From positions 21,534 to 85,533 of the forward strand of contig CAVBPN010000129.1 of assembly GCA_963597235.1 (NCBI GenBank): a stretch of 64,000 bases of DNA. Direction: 5' to 3'. Made by a program: the position numbers and the translations under genes. Under the pieces are notes generated by a model, which made no database searches, was not told where the DNA came from, and saw only the letters and a program-made list of their open reading frames with translations. Origin of the DNA: a bacterium (GTDB lineage: Bacteria > Bacillota > Clostridia > Lachnospirales > Lachnospiraceae). This document shows positions 36,869-46,506 of this stretch, piece by piece (within the stretch, counting starts at the first letter, position 1; each line of letters opens with the position of its first letter).

Positions 36869-37801
36869 ATGACCAGAATAAAAGCCTGTCAGATTCTTGG
36901 CATCGCCATCGACGCGGATATGACAGAAATCAAGAAAGTCTACCGGCAGCTGATGCATCAGGTACATCCAGATACAGATGCCTTTCACACAATAAAATAC
37001 GCGTACACTGCGCAGGAAATTAACGAGGCCTATGCATTTCTGTGCAAAACAGATAATGCGCAGTCAAAATCTGCCTCATCCACCTCGTCAAAGCGAAAAC
37101 GCTGGAATGCGCCCATTAACCCTACCGCCTACACCGAGCGTAACATCTATCACTACGTGGAAGATTACGATTGTACCATCATAGGAAGTATCGTACTCGA
37201 CACCGGTAAATTTCTCTGGCAGCCGGAAGAAGACTTTCCGCTCTTCCTGAAAAGTATCATGGAATGCAGCAAAAAGCTCCTCGATCAAACTGAGCAGGAA
37301 TCCGGATACGCTCCAAATTCCTCCCGCCGTGCAGAAACTCAGGCAAAACTGATCTATCTCCTTGCCCAGCAGTTTATTGATGCCTCTGGGACTCTGAAAC
37401 TTCTGGTAAAGCCATCTGTCAAAGAAACCTGCAATATTTATCATATTCCTGCAATGCTTGAGTTATCTTTACAGGCACCTGCCCTGCCTGCCGGCGCTAT
37501 ACTTTATCCTGCTGCCATCACCAGACATCGACTGTATCTGAAATCATCCGACGGACAAAATGCCGGTTATCTTTCCTTTCATGACGACCGCCTGTACTAC
37601 ATTGTCATCCCGCTTTTTGAACAACACCGGGCACAGGTAAAAATTCGCATTGCAAAAGAGCATCAACAGAAAAAATCACGCAGTTCCAGCCGATACAAAA
37701 ATCTCGATTTCTGGCTCAAAGTTCCACACACCACTGCCAGTACCTTCCCGGAAAATATATCTTTACAGATCAAAAGCCTGCTGCATGATTATGTCAATTA
37801 A
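36869..37801 (+). CDS. J-domain protein with an uncharacterised ~230-aa C-terminal region
   Basis: ACQILGIAIDADMTEIKKVYRQLMHQVHPDT is a J-domain with the HPD motif. I recognise nothing in the rest. The start is set at the ATG at 36869 after AGAGGAG. Confidence 0.7.
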   Translation: MTRIKACQILGIAIDADMTEIKKVYRQLMHQVHPDTDAFHTIKYAYTAQEINEAYAFLCKTDNAQSKSASSTSSKRKRWNAPINPTAYTERNIYHYVEDYDCTIIGSIVLDTGKFLWQPEEDFPLFLKSIMECSKKLLDQTEQESGYAPNSSRRAETQAKLIYLLAQQFIDASGTLKLLVKPSVKETCNIYHIPAMLELSLQAPALPAGAILYPAAITRHRLYLKSSDGQNAGYLSFHDDRLYYIVIPLFEQHRAQVKIRIAKEHQQKKSRSSSRYKNLDFWLKVPHTTASTFPENISLQIKSLLHDYVN

Positions 37802-37818
37802 TCATACAGCAGGCTTTT
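37772..37818. terminator. Bidirectional terminator (about 20-bp stem) between convergent genes
   Basis: AAAAGCCTGCTGCATGATTA / TAATCATACAGCAGGCTTTT with a 7-nt loop. The left arm lies in the last codons of the J-protein gene. Confidence 0.7.
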
Positions 37819-37833
37819 ATTCAACCATTTATT

Positions 37834-38655
37834 TCATTCTTTTACCGCACCGGAAGTCATTCCGCCAACGATATACTTCTGTCCGATCATATATACAATA
37901 ATAACCGGGATACAGGTAAGCACAATATCCGCAAAAATGTAATAGTTCCAGTAACTCTTGTTCTTTCCGAAGAACTGATATACTGCCATTGTCATCGGGA
38001 AGAGTTTACCCTTGCTGGACAGATACAGAGGTGTAAGGAAATCACTCCATACTGTCATAAACTGCAGGATAAAGCAGGTTACCATAGTAGGTTTCAGAAG
38101 CGGCATGATGATCTTAAAGAAAAGACTTATCGGGCCGGCTCCGTCAATGACCGCTGCCTCATCCAACTCTACCGGAATCGAAACGACAAAGTTTCGAATC
38201 GTAAATACACAGAACGGTATCATCGCACTCGTAAACACCAGTACAATACCAACGCGGGTATCATTCAGATGAAGTGCTGTCAGCACACGTACAAGTGTTA
38301 CATAGTTGACCGGGAAAAACAGTCCGCAAAGAACAAAGTAATACAGGAATGTATTTAATTTTGTTCTGTTACGACACATAACAAATGCTGCCATTGCACA
38401 GAGAGTAACACCAAGAGTAGTTGCTACCAGTGCGTAGATCAAACTGTTTGCAAATCCCTGAATCAAGTTACCTTTTTTGATAACTTCCGCATAGTTTGAG
38501 AATACCCACTCTGTCGGAAGAGCAAGACTCATTCGTGCTGCTTCTCCTTTATTTTTAAAGGAGTTGATCAGTACCATATAAAACGGAAGGACAACTGTCA
38601 GGCACAGAAGAATACATACTACATGTTTCAGTATTGTCTGAACATTCTTTTTCAT
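37834..38655 (-). CDS. Carbohydrate ABC transporter permease (MalG-like)
   Basis: 273 aa with 6 transmembrane helices and an EAA-type loop (ELDEAAVIDGAGP). Confidence 0.85.
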   Translation of the reverse strand: MKKNVQTILKHVVCILLCLTVVLPFYMVLINSFKNKGEAARMSLALPTEWVFSNYAEVIKKGNLIQGFANSLIYALVATTLGVTLCAMAAFVMCRNRTKLNTFLYYFVLCGLFFPVNYVTLVRVLTALHLNDTRVGIVLVFTSAMIPFCVFTIRNFVVSIPVELDEAAVIDGAGPISLFFKIIMPLLKPTMVTCFILQFMTVWSDFLTPLYLSSKGKLFPMTMAVYQFFGKNKSYWNYYIFADIVLTCIPVIIVYMIGQKYIVGGMTSGAVKE

Positions 38656-39536
38656 TACTGCTGCACCTCCTGTTTACTCATTGTCTTAACAATAAATACG
38701 CCGATAATCGCAGTGATGATCAGAAGGATCGTATTTAATGCAGAAGACATTCCATACTGTCCTCTGGAGTAGAGCTGGAATGCATAAGTTGTAAGAACTT
38801 CTGTTGCATGTCCAGGACCACCGTTTGTAAGAACATAAACAATATCAAATACTTTCAGACCATATGTAATACCAAATACCAGGTTGATCATGATAGAACC
38901 TGTCAGCATCGGAAGTGTTACATAGCGAAGTCTCTGCCAGAAGTTTGCACCATCAATCTGTGCTGCTTCATAATAAGATTTCGGGATGGTATTCAGACCT
39001 GCCAGGAAAATCGTCATGACATAACCAATACCTCTCCAGGCATCCACACCATAAATCGATTTCCATACAACTCCCAGATCAGAAAGCCATTTCTGTTTCA
39101 GGATTCCAAGATGCAGTGCATCCAGAATAGTATTCAGAAGACCTGTGTTGTAATTCAGGATAGATTTAAAGATCAGACCGATGATTACAAATGGAAGGAT
39201 AGATGGCAGATACAGTAAAGTTCTGTAAAGTCCTTTTCCACGTAAACCTTCCTGAAGCATGATCGCGATCATAAGTGCCGGGATCAGTTTGACAATATTA
39301 GAAATAATCGTAAATTTTAACGTATTTTCAATTCCACTTAAATAGCCTTTATTTGATGTAAAAATCTCTTTGAAGTTCTGCAGTCCTATAAAATGTGTAC
39401 CATTCAGAACGCTTCTGGAATTCCAGTCAGTAAAGGAATATCCAACGCCCATTGCACTCGGCAGAAGGAAAAAGATTACATACAGTGCCAGTGGTATAAT
39501 TACAAACCACCAGGGATATATTTTTTTCTTATTCAC
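38655..39536 (-). CDS. Sugar ABC transporter permease (MalF-like)
   Basis: 293 aa with YYEAAQIDGANFWQRLRYVTLP as the EAA loop. Confidence 0.85.
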   Translation of the reverse strand: MNKKKIYPWWFVIIPLALYVIFFLLPSAMGVGYSFTDWNSRSVLNGTHFIGLQNFKEIFTSNKGYLSGIENTLKFTIISNIVKLIPALMIAIMLQEGLRGKGLYRTLLYLPSILPFVIIGLIFKSILNYNTGLLNTILDALHLGILKQKWLSDLGVVWKSIYGVDAWRGIGYVMTIFLAGLNTIPKSYYEAAQIDGANFWQRLRYVTLPMLTGSIMINLVFGITYGLKVFDIVYVLTNGGPGHATEVLTTYAFQLYSRGQYGMSSALNTILLIITAIIGVFIVKTMSKQEVQQ

Positions 39537-39612
39537 TGAAGTTACCTCCTGTTACAAAACAGTGCGAAGGAAAATTTCCCTCGCACTGAAGATTTACCCT
39601 TATTTCAAAATC

Positions 39613-40938
39613 TTATTTCCAGTTTTCGTCTGCAACAGTTTTTGCTGCTTCTGCACGGTTGGTATCCATGTTTGCAAGAACATCGTTTGCTTCCATTTCA
39701 CCCTGGCAGAATGCAATCATATCCTGTCCGAACTGCATCCAGTAGTCGTTTGTATATTTTGTACCATTCTGAAGTACAGATACATTCATTTTATCTTTGT
39801 CTACAGTCTCAAGGAATTCTTCCTCTTCCGGCAGCCAGTGCTGTTCAAGGTTTTCGTCGTTTACATCAAGGTTTGTGTAAGCCGGTGAGTTGTCAAGGAT
39901 TTCCTGAAGGCTTTCTGTTGTTGTTACAAAGTTGAAGAATTCTCTTACAAGGTCTTCATGTTCTGTTCCTTTGTATCCGAACATTGTCGGGCCAGCCGGG
40001 CTTGTCGGATACCATGTATTGTCACCAAGTGGAATCAGGAACATTCCGAATTCATCTTCTGTACCAGTATCTTCTTTGATCTGTTTAATGAAACTGGAGT
40101 TTGCCATTGCCATTGCACATGTTCTGTCACCATATTCGTTTGACATGTTTGTGCTGTCTGTTCCGATCCAGTCTTCTCCGAAGTATCCTGCATCAGAAAG
40201 TTCTTTGAACTCATTCAGTACTTCAAGCATTTTTTCGTTATCAGCAAATGTAGCCTGATTTGTATTCAGTGCATCATACAGTCCTGGTGTTGCTTCTTCG
40301 TAAACGCCACCGATCTGGAAGAATGCAAGCTGATGCTGCCATCCGTCTGCTCCTGGCATGAACCATGGTGTGATTCCTGTATCTGCAATCTTAGCGCAGA
40401 GATCTTTCAGTTCTGCATATGTAGTAGGAACTTCCCATCCGTTTTCTTCAAACAGAGTTTTGTTATAAACCATTACATACTCAGGGGAATTGTTCCATAC
40501 CTGAAGACCATATAATTTGTCATTGTATGTACAGGATGCTTTTCTTGTTTCCGGCATCAGATTTTCCCATTCAGCTCCTGTAAAGTCGATGCAATATTTT
40601 TCCGGATCAACGATGGTAGATTCGATTGCAAATGGATTGGACTGAATCCAGAAAACATCTGCACAGGAATCGGTTGCCAGTTTAGACTGAAGAAGATCAG
40701 AATACTGATCTGCCGGAATCGTCTGAAGATCAACAGTTACATCGTAAGTATCCTCGAAACGCTCCAGTGTTTCGTCATAACGGTTATCCATCCAGCCTGT
40801 GGAAACCAGAATACTTAATTCCTCTCCTGCAAAGTCTTTTGTGTTGTCATCCGCATAGACATTCACACTCATACCTGCTGTCATAGATGCAAGCATAGCT
40901 GCTGCACAAGTTACTGCCCATAATTTCTTTCTTTTCAT
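39613..40938 (-). CDS. Sugar ABC transporter substrate-binding protein (family 1), secreted
   Basis: 441 aa with a signal peptide, adjacent to two permease genes. Confidence 0.8.
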   Translation of the reverse strand: MKRKKLWAVTCAAAMLASMTAGMSVNVYADDNTKDFAGEELSILVSTGWMDNRYDETLERFEDTYDVTVDLQTIPADQYSDLLQSKLATDSCADVFWIQSNPFAIESTIVDPEKYCIDFTGAEWENLMPETRKASCTYNDKLYGLQVWNNSPEYVMVYNKTLFEENGWEVPTTYAELKDLCAKIADTGITPWFMPGADGWQHQLAFFQIGGVYEEATPGLYDALNTNQATFADNEKMLEVLNEFKELSDAGYFGEDWIGTDSTNMSNEYGDRTCAMAMANSSFIKQIKEDTGTEDEFGMFLIPLGDNTWYPTSPAGPTMFGYKGTEHEDLVREFFNFVTTTESLQEILDNSPAYTNLDVNDENLEQHWLPEEEEFLETVDKDKMNVSVLQNGTKYTNDYWMQFGQDMIAFCQGEMEANDVLANMDTNRAEAAKTVADENWK

Positions 40939-41031
40939 GAAAAAACCCTCCTTATAATTTCATGTGTTCCGCATTTGTTAAACATAGTTTATCAGTAAGG
41001 AGCATTTTTATCCATGGATATTTTTACCTTG

Positions 41032-41156
41032 TATTTGTACTTTTTTCACTGTTTTATATACTATTTTCACATATTTTATACATTTTGCACATTTTCAATA
41101 GTTCTTTTTTGTCAACATCTCACTATATGGTCTTTTTATATTTGTACTTTTTTCAC
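41032..41156. promoter_or_regulatory. Perfect 18-bp direct repeat TATTTGTACTTTTTTCAC (x2) in the divergent promoter region
   Basis: Copies at 41032-41049 and 41139-41156, 107 bp apart, between the SBP gene (minus) and the histidine-kinase gene (plus). Confidence 0.55.
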
Positions 41157-41170
41157 AAACATGATATACT

Positions 41171-43021
41171 TTGATATGTTATTTACATATTAAAAATATG
41201 CAGGAGGTAGCAGATACGAAAACCCGAAGCCTTCAGTCAAAACTATTTATAGCTTACCTCGGTATGGCAAGCCTTATTCTTTTTGCCTTTGCAAGCTTTT
41301 TCTATCTTTTTGTATCGAGTCGTCTGAAAGAAAGCCAGATCAGTGCCATGAGTACACTGAACTCCAGCTTTAAATCACAGGTAGATTCCTCCATCGTGGA
41401 TCTGGATACCGTATCCGTAAACATCAACTACAGTAATATATCCAAAAGTATTCTCGACCAGAAATTTGAACTTAACATTTCTGATGATATGCTTTCTGAC
41501 ATGTCTGATCTTTTTATTTCTCTCAGTGGAACAGAATTAAAAGCAGATCAGGTAAATCTGTATGACTTTTCCGGGTATGTGCTCCAGGCAGGACTTTCCA
41601 CCATGGTCAAAAAGGCCGATGAATCCCGTTCAGACTGGCTGCAAAAGGCACTTGATGCCGATGGCAGAAAAGTACTTACACATCCTTATCTTACATATGA
41701 ATACTCCAAATCAGCAAAATATGCACAATGGATGATTTCCGACTATCGTTCCTTTACCAATCAGTATCGTCGAAAAGTTGGAGTCGTTGAAACTGTCAAG
41801 CAGTGCAAATCTGTTTTCAAAAGTATTATTTCTTATCGAAAACAGAATCATGATACTGCTGCCAGTGTCTATGTATTCAACCAGGATGGTGAACTGATCT
41901 ATCCATATGATATTTCAGAAGATGATGCTGTCGCGGTCAAACCATATTTTGATCTTACAGATGCCTCTCAGACTTCTGTAACCCTTACCAGTCCGTTAAA
42001 TGGACAAACAGAGTACGCCACACGAACAGATTCCAGTTATACCGGATATACTTATCTGACGATCCAGCCAGAATCCTTTATTCTCGAACCTGTTTACAAA
42101 ATGCTCCAGATTCTTCTGGCAGTGGTTGCAGCATTTCTTCTGGCTTCCATTCTTGTTTCTTACCGACTTTCCCGTTCTGTCGTAAAGCCGGTCAAACATC
42201 TGAAACACATCATCCAGAGAATGGAACTGGATACTCTCGGACAGGAAAAGGTCACTTCCTATCCTGTCTCTGTCAATGAACTTGAAGAACTTTACCAGGC
42301 TTTTCAGCTTATGAGTGAAAATCTCAAAAGTTCAATGCAGGAAGTCACAGAAGCAAAAGAGCAGGAAATACGAGCACGAAATATGGCCCTTCAGACACAG
42401 ATCAACCCACATTTTTATTACAACTCTCTGTCCAGTATCATGGTTCTTGCGGAAAACGATGATAATGATACAGTTGCAAAAATGTGCCGGAATCTCTCTC
42501 TGATCATGCGCTACATCACAGATACAAGCAGTACAACAGTCACTCTCGCGGATGAGCTGGATTACGTAAAAAAATATTTGTACTGCATGAAGGTACGTTA
42601 TCAGTCAAGTCTGAATTACAGCATAGATGTAGACGAAACACTTCTCACAGAGGAAGTCCCCAAGCTGCTGATCCAGCCGCTTGTCGAAAATGCAATCAAA
42701 TATGGCTTCGACTGTGCACCGCCATGGACGATCACTATACGCAGTGTCATTGCAGATAACTGCTGGAAAATCTCTGTCAGCGATACCGGTCCGGGATTTT
42801 CAGAAGAAGCCTGTGAGAAAATTGCGCAGAATCTCGCTAAAGCAGATCAGAATCCAGGACTTCCGGAGCTCCGGATCAATGGACTTGGAACCATAAATGT
42901 TTACTTAAGATGGAAAATCTTCTGTAAAGGAAATATTATTTTCGAATATGGAAATACCGAAGATGGACACGGAATCGTTTCCATAGGACGATACACATCA
43001 GCAGAAAAGAAATCAATTTAG
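41171..43021 (+). CDS. Sensor histidine kinase, YesM/LytS-type (2 TM, HAMP, His_kinase, HATPase)
   Basis: QINPHFYYNSLSSI is the His_kinase box and LIQPLVENAIKYG the N-box. The start is uncertain between 41171 and 41198. Confidence 0.85.
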   Translation: MICYLHIKNMQEVADTKTRSLQSKLFIAYLGMASLILFAFASFFYLFVSSRLKESQISAMSTLNSSFKSQVDSSIVDLDTVSVNINYSNISKSILDQKFELNISDDMLSDMSDLFISLSGTELKADQVNLYDFSGYVLQAGLSTMVKKADESRSDWLQKALDADGRKVLTHPYLTYEYSKSAKYAQWMISDYRSFTNQYRRKVGVVETVKQCKSVFKSIISYRKQNHDTAASVYVFNQDGELIYPYDISEDDAVAVKPYFDLTDASQTSVTLTSPLNGQTEYATRTDSSYTGYTYLTIQPESFILEPVYKMLQILLAVVAAFLLASILVSYRLSRSVVKPVKHLKHIIQRMELDTLGQEKVTSYPVSVNELEELYQAFQLMSENLKSSMQEVTEAKEQEIRARNMALQTQINPHFYYNSLSSIMVLAENDDNDTVAKMCRNLSLIMRYITDTSSTTVTLADELDYVKKYLYCMKVRYQSSLNYSIDVDETLLTEEVPKLLIQPLVENAIKYGFDCAPPWTITIRSVIADNCWKISVSDTGPGFSEEACEKIAQNLAKADQNPGLPELRINGLGTINVYLRWKIFCKGNIIFEYGNTEDGHGIVSIGRYTSAEKKSI

Positions 43022-43051
43022 CAATACGCCATTTAAGAAAGAGGAAGAATC

Positions 43052-43828
43052 ATGAATTATACAGTAATCGTTGCGGAGGACGAGGAACTGCTGTTAAACA
43101 ATCTGGTTCAAAAAGTCGGGAAAGCGGATCCGGACTTCCAGGTTGTAGGAACTGCCCAGACAGGTGACCAGGCACTTGCACTGGTAGAAAAACTGCATCC
43201 GGATCTGATCATCACAGATATCCGAATGCCGGTCATGGATGGAATTGCCCTGCTCACCAGAGTCAGAAGTCAGTTTCCTTTTATAAAATTTATCATCACC
43301 AGTGGATTTTCAGACTTTGAATATGCTAAAAAAGCAATCTCTCTGAAAGTATCTGATTATCTTCTGAAGCCAGTTGACCCGGATGAACTCCGGGAATCTC
43401 TTCAGAAAATCAAACGTGACTTTCAGATTTCTCAAAAAGACTATGAATCTGTATTCAATGCAGGCACTGCTTCAAAGACACCGTCTCAGATTGCTTCGAT
43501 CCTGAAGGATTTTATCGTAAAAAATTACAGCGATGATATCAATCTGAATCTGATTGCAGACAACATGAACTACAGTCCAAGCTACCTGACTAAGATCTTC
43601 TGTCAGGCCTATGACTGTACCCCTACGAAATATCTTCTGAATCTGAGAATGGACCAGGCGCAGAAACTGTTAATCCATGAACCATCACTTTCCATACGAC
43701 AGATTGGCGAAATGTGCGGCTATCATGATCAGGGGTATTTCAGCCGTATCTTTAAGAAGCAGACGGGGCGAAGTCCCCTTGAATTTCGTGGTGAAAATGA
43801 TGACCTTCTAACTGATATCGAAAACTGA
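43052..43828 (+). CDS. Response regulator with AraC-type HTH output (YesN-like)
   Basis: Receiver domain (VIVAEDEELL..., LIITDIRMPVMDG) plus an AraC C-terminus (GYHDQGYFSRIFKKQTGRSPLEFR). Confidence 0.9.
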   Translation: MNYTVIVAEDEELLLNNLVQKVGKADPDFQVVGTAQTGDQALALVEKLHPDLIITDIRMPVMDGIALLTRVRSQFPFIKFIITSGFSDFEYAKKAISLKVSDYLLKPVDPDELRESLQKIKRDFQISQKDYESVFNAGTASKTPSQIASILKDFIVKNYSDDINLNLIADNMNYSPSYLTKIFCQAYDCTPTKYLLNLRMDQAQKLLIHEPSLSIRQIGEMCGYHDQGYFSRIFKKQTGRSPLEFRGENDDLLTDIEN

Positions 43829-43945
43829 ATATCCTGACTTCTGTTATCAGAAAAAAAGCGCCTAAACCTACAGGAAATATTCTTGTAAGCTCAGGCGTTA
43901 TATTTTCATTTCAATTCTCAAATACAGTTATCCGACTACTGTCTT

Positions 43946-46318
43946 TTATTTTTCAATAACCACTGTTTCATAAGAAATATCTTCCATGCCTTCAAAGCTT
44001 CCCTGTCTTTCTTCTACAGTCAGTTCACCTTTCTGGTCATTCCAGATCAGTTTCGTGGTTGCGTATGCACCCTTCTCAAAGTTATAGTTATTTCCCTCAT
44101 CTTCATAAAGAGTAAACTCTGCATCTGCTCCCGGGTAAACCATCAGTTTCACTGGTCCTTCCGGTTTCTGAGATGCATAAGTAAGTCCGTCTGCAACCGG
44201 AAGAATGCTTCCTGCTTTTACAAAGATCGGCATCTGGTCGATCGGAGCATCTACCGTTACATACTGACCGCCTTCATATTTCTTGCCGGTCCAGTAATCA
44301 TACCAGTCAGCTCCCTGCGGGAGATAGCATTCCCATGTTTTTTCACGGTCAAGTTCTGTGCTTTCCGGACCATAGTACATTGGCTCTGTAACTGCACAGA
44401 TCAGAAGTGACGGTCCGAACATAAACTCATTTTCAATCTTTCTTGCAATCTTATCCTGCGGGAAATCAAACAGAAGACTTCTCATGATCGTATAATCATT
44501 AAAGTGAACAGCTCCTGCAAGAGAATAGATATACGGCATCAGATGGTATCTCAGCTTAATAGATTTCTCAATTGCATCATAGAACATCGTTCCTTTATCA
44601 CCGAAATTCCAGATCTCTCTCGGAGTATCTGTTCCGTGAGAACGGAACATCGGAAGGAAAGTTCCCATCTCAAGCCATCTGGTATAAAGTTCGCAGTAGC
44701 CTTTGTCCTTCACACCTTCATTGTACTTACCCTGCCAGAACCACTTCGGTTCCGGATCTGTATTGCAGCCACAGCCACGATTCTGCCATTTATCAGCTAC
44801 TGTAAAGAATGCACCAATATCCAGTGTCCAGTATGGATAACCACTCAGTCCCATATTCAGACCTTCTACGATCTGAATCTTGAAGTTGTCCCAGGAAGCG
44901 CAGGTATCACCGGACCACAGCATTGCTGCATATTTCTGTCCGGATGCATAACCGGAACGGGTCAGGTTGAGAACACGTTTGTCTTCAGTATCTTTTCTCT
45001 GGTTTTCATAAATGCCCTTTGCATGCATCAGCGCAAACGCATTGGCAACAGCCGGATCCAGGTATTTCTTGTGCTCGCCGCCGACAAGTTCATATCTCTC
45101 CCATGGCTCTCTCTTCACGCCGCCATTCCAGTCTGGACCAGAGAAAGGCTCTGTGGAATCACACCACCAGGATTCGAATCCTTCATCAAAAAGTCCCTCT
45201 TTTGCCTGTTTCCAGTACATTTCGCGGGCTTTTTCATCAAAAGCATTATAGGTTGCATAATCATAAAGAAGATAACCTGCGTCAAAAAATTCCTGATGGT
45301 TTTTACCGCCTGCATTCATGTTCGGCCATACAGAAACCATGCTGTGTGCATGCATTTTGTTGATTTCTTCCATGCATTCTTTGTTGTCACCGTAGCGTTC
45401 TTTATCGAGGATCTTTTCTCCCCAGTTGCCTGGTTCCCAGGTATTCCAGTCCTGAACGACACAATCGATTGGAACACCGATCTCTCTGTAATGACGCACG
45501 ATCTCTGCCAGTTCTTTTGCTGTATAATACTGCTCTTTGGACTGGATGTAGCCATACGCCCACTTCGGTAGCATCTGCGCTTTACCTGTCAGATAACGGT
45601 AGTCATGAATGATTCCATCCATTGTATTTCCACCGAGGAAATAATAATCAATCTGGTCTACCGTATCCAGGAACAGATAGGATTCTCTGCCCTCATCATT
45701 GAACGTCATCAGTGAACAGCAGTCAAACAGAACTCCATAACCTTCAGTAGATACGAACATCGGCATCGGGATACGCATATTATGCTGATACAGATACTGT
45801 GTATGTTTACGATAATCATAAATACCTTCTTCTGCCTGTCCCAGTCCGTGAATTTCTTCATCTTCTTTCCAGTCAAAGAAAACTCTTGCACGGTATCCGT
45901 CTCTGACTTTTTCTGCTTTGAGGTTCTGGATAAAGTTTCTCTCACCATCTACTGTCTTTACACGATTGATGATCGGTTTTTCGCCGCCTGTATTATAGTG
46001 TACGACATCAATCCTGGTGAGATTCGCTTTGTTCTGTTCCATCCACACGCTTCCGTCTGCATGTTTCCAGGTAATACCACCTGTTTTGAGATTTAATTCA
46101 GCCTGCACTGCAGATGTTTTTACTGTGACTGCTCCGTCTGCTTCTGCAGCTTCAAATGGAACCTGCGGATATTCTTTTTTCTCAATGATCAGAGATTCCT
46201 GCTCTGTCTTTACTTCATCTTTTGCGATCACGCAACGGATGATCTCTTCTGTTATCGGTATCAGGCGGTACTTCATACCTGCTGCAGAAGTTTCTACATA
46301 TCTTTCCGTTCTTTTCAT
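43946..46318 (-). CDS. Glycoside hydrolase family 31 (alpha-xylosidase/alpha-glucosidase-like)
   Basis: 790 aa. KWAYGYIQSKEQY, PIDCVVQDWNTW, SWWCDSTEP (nucleophile region) and MFRSHG fit GH31. Confidence 0.85.
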   Translation of the reverse strand: MKRTERYVETSAAGMKYRLIPITEEIIRCVIAKDEVKTEQESLIIEKKEYPQVPFEAAEADGAVTVKTSAVQAELNLKTGGITWKHADGSVWMEQNKANLTRIDVVHYNTGGEKPIINRVKTVDGERNFIQNLKAEKVRDGYRARVFFDWKEDEEIHGLGQAEEGIYDYRKHTQYLYQHNMRIPMPMFVSTEGYGVLFDCCSLMTFNDEGRESYLFLDTVDQIDYYFLGGNTMDGIIHDYRYLTGKAQMLPKWAYGYIQSKEQYYTAKELAEIVRHYREIGVPIDCVVQDWNTWEPGNWGEKILDKERYGDNKECMEEINKMHAHSMVSVWPNMNAGGKNHQEFFDAGYLLYDYATYNAFDEKAREMYWKQAKEGLFDEGFESWWCDSTEPFSGPDWNGGVKREPWERYELVGGEHKKYLDPAVANAFALMHAKGIYENQRKDTEDKRVLNLTRSGYASGQKYAAMLWSGDTCASWDNFKIQIVEGLNMGLSGYPYWTLDIGAFFTVADKWQNRGCGCNTDPEPKWFWQGKYNEGVKDKGYCELYTRWLEMGTFLPMFRSHGTDTPREIWNFGDKGTMFYDAIEKSIKLRYHLMPYIYSLAGAVHFNDYTIMRSLLFDFPQDKIARKIENEFMFGPSLLICAVTEPMYYGPESTELDREKTWECYLPQGADWYDYWTGKKYEGGQYVTVDAPIDQMPIFVKAGSILPVADGLTYASQKPEGPVKLMVYPGADAEFTLYEDEGNNYNFEKGAYATTKLIWNDQKGELTVEERQGSFEGMEDISYETVVIEK

Positions 46319-46355
46319 TTCCCCAATCTCCTTTATATAAGCTCTCCTGCTGTTG

Positions 46356-46393
46356 TTTGTGCAACATTTTCACCCCTGATAATGTTGCACAAA
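46356..46393. promoter_or_regulatory. Perfect 13-bp inverted repeat in the GH31 leader
   Basis: TTTGTGCAACATT (46356-46368), 12 nt, then AATGTTGCACAAA (46381-46393). It lies 38-75 nt upstream of the GH31 ATG. Confidence 0.5.
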
Positions 46394-46417
46394 AAAATAT
46401 CATGCCAGAATAACATT

Positions 46418-46444
46418 GTTACTGTTCACCCCGTTCACAGCAAC
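46418..46444. repeat. 27-bp conserved non-coding element, copy 2 (GTTACTGTTCACCCCGTTCACAGCAAC)
   Basis: See copy 1 at 32891-32917. The mismatches fall in the spacer and in one dyad position. Confidence 0.6.
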
Positions 46445-46506
46445 TTTGTCTTTTTATCCTAACATGACATTCCTTCTATGGTCTATGACATATCTGATTC
46501 TGAATT

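Noticed and set aside
44504-45571. 355-aa plus-strand ORF, plus several shorter ones
   Set aside because: It is antisense to the GH31 gene, with low-complexity composition and no RBS. It is a shadow ORF.
46397-46407. Sigma-54-like TGGCAT on the minus strand upstream of GH31
   Set aside because: No GC element sits at the -12 position (the sequence reads TGGCATGATATTTTT), and no enhancer-binding protein gene is nearby.
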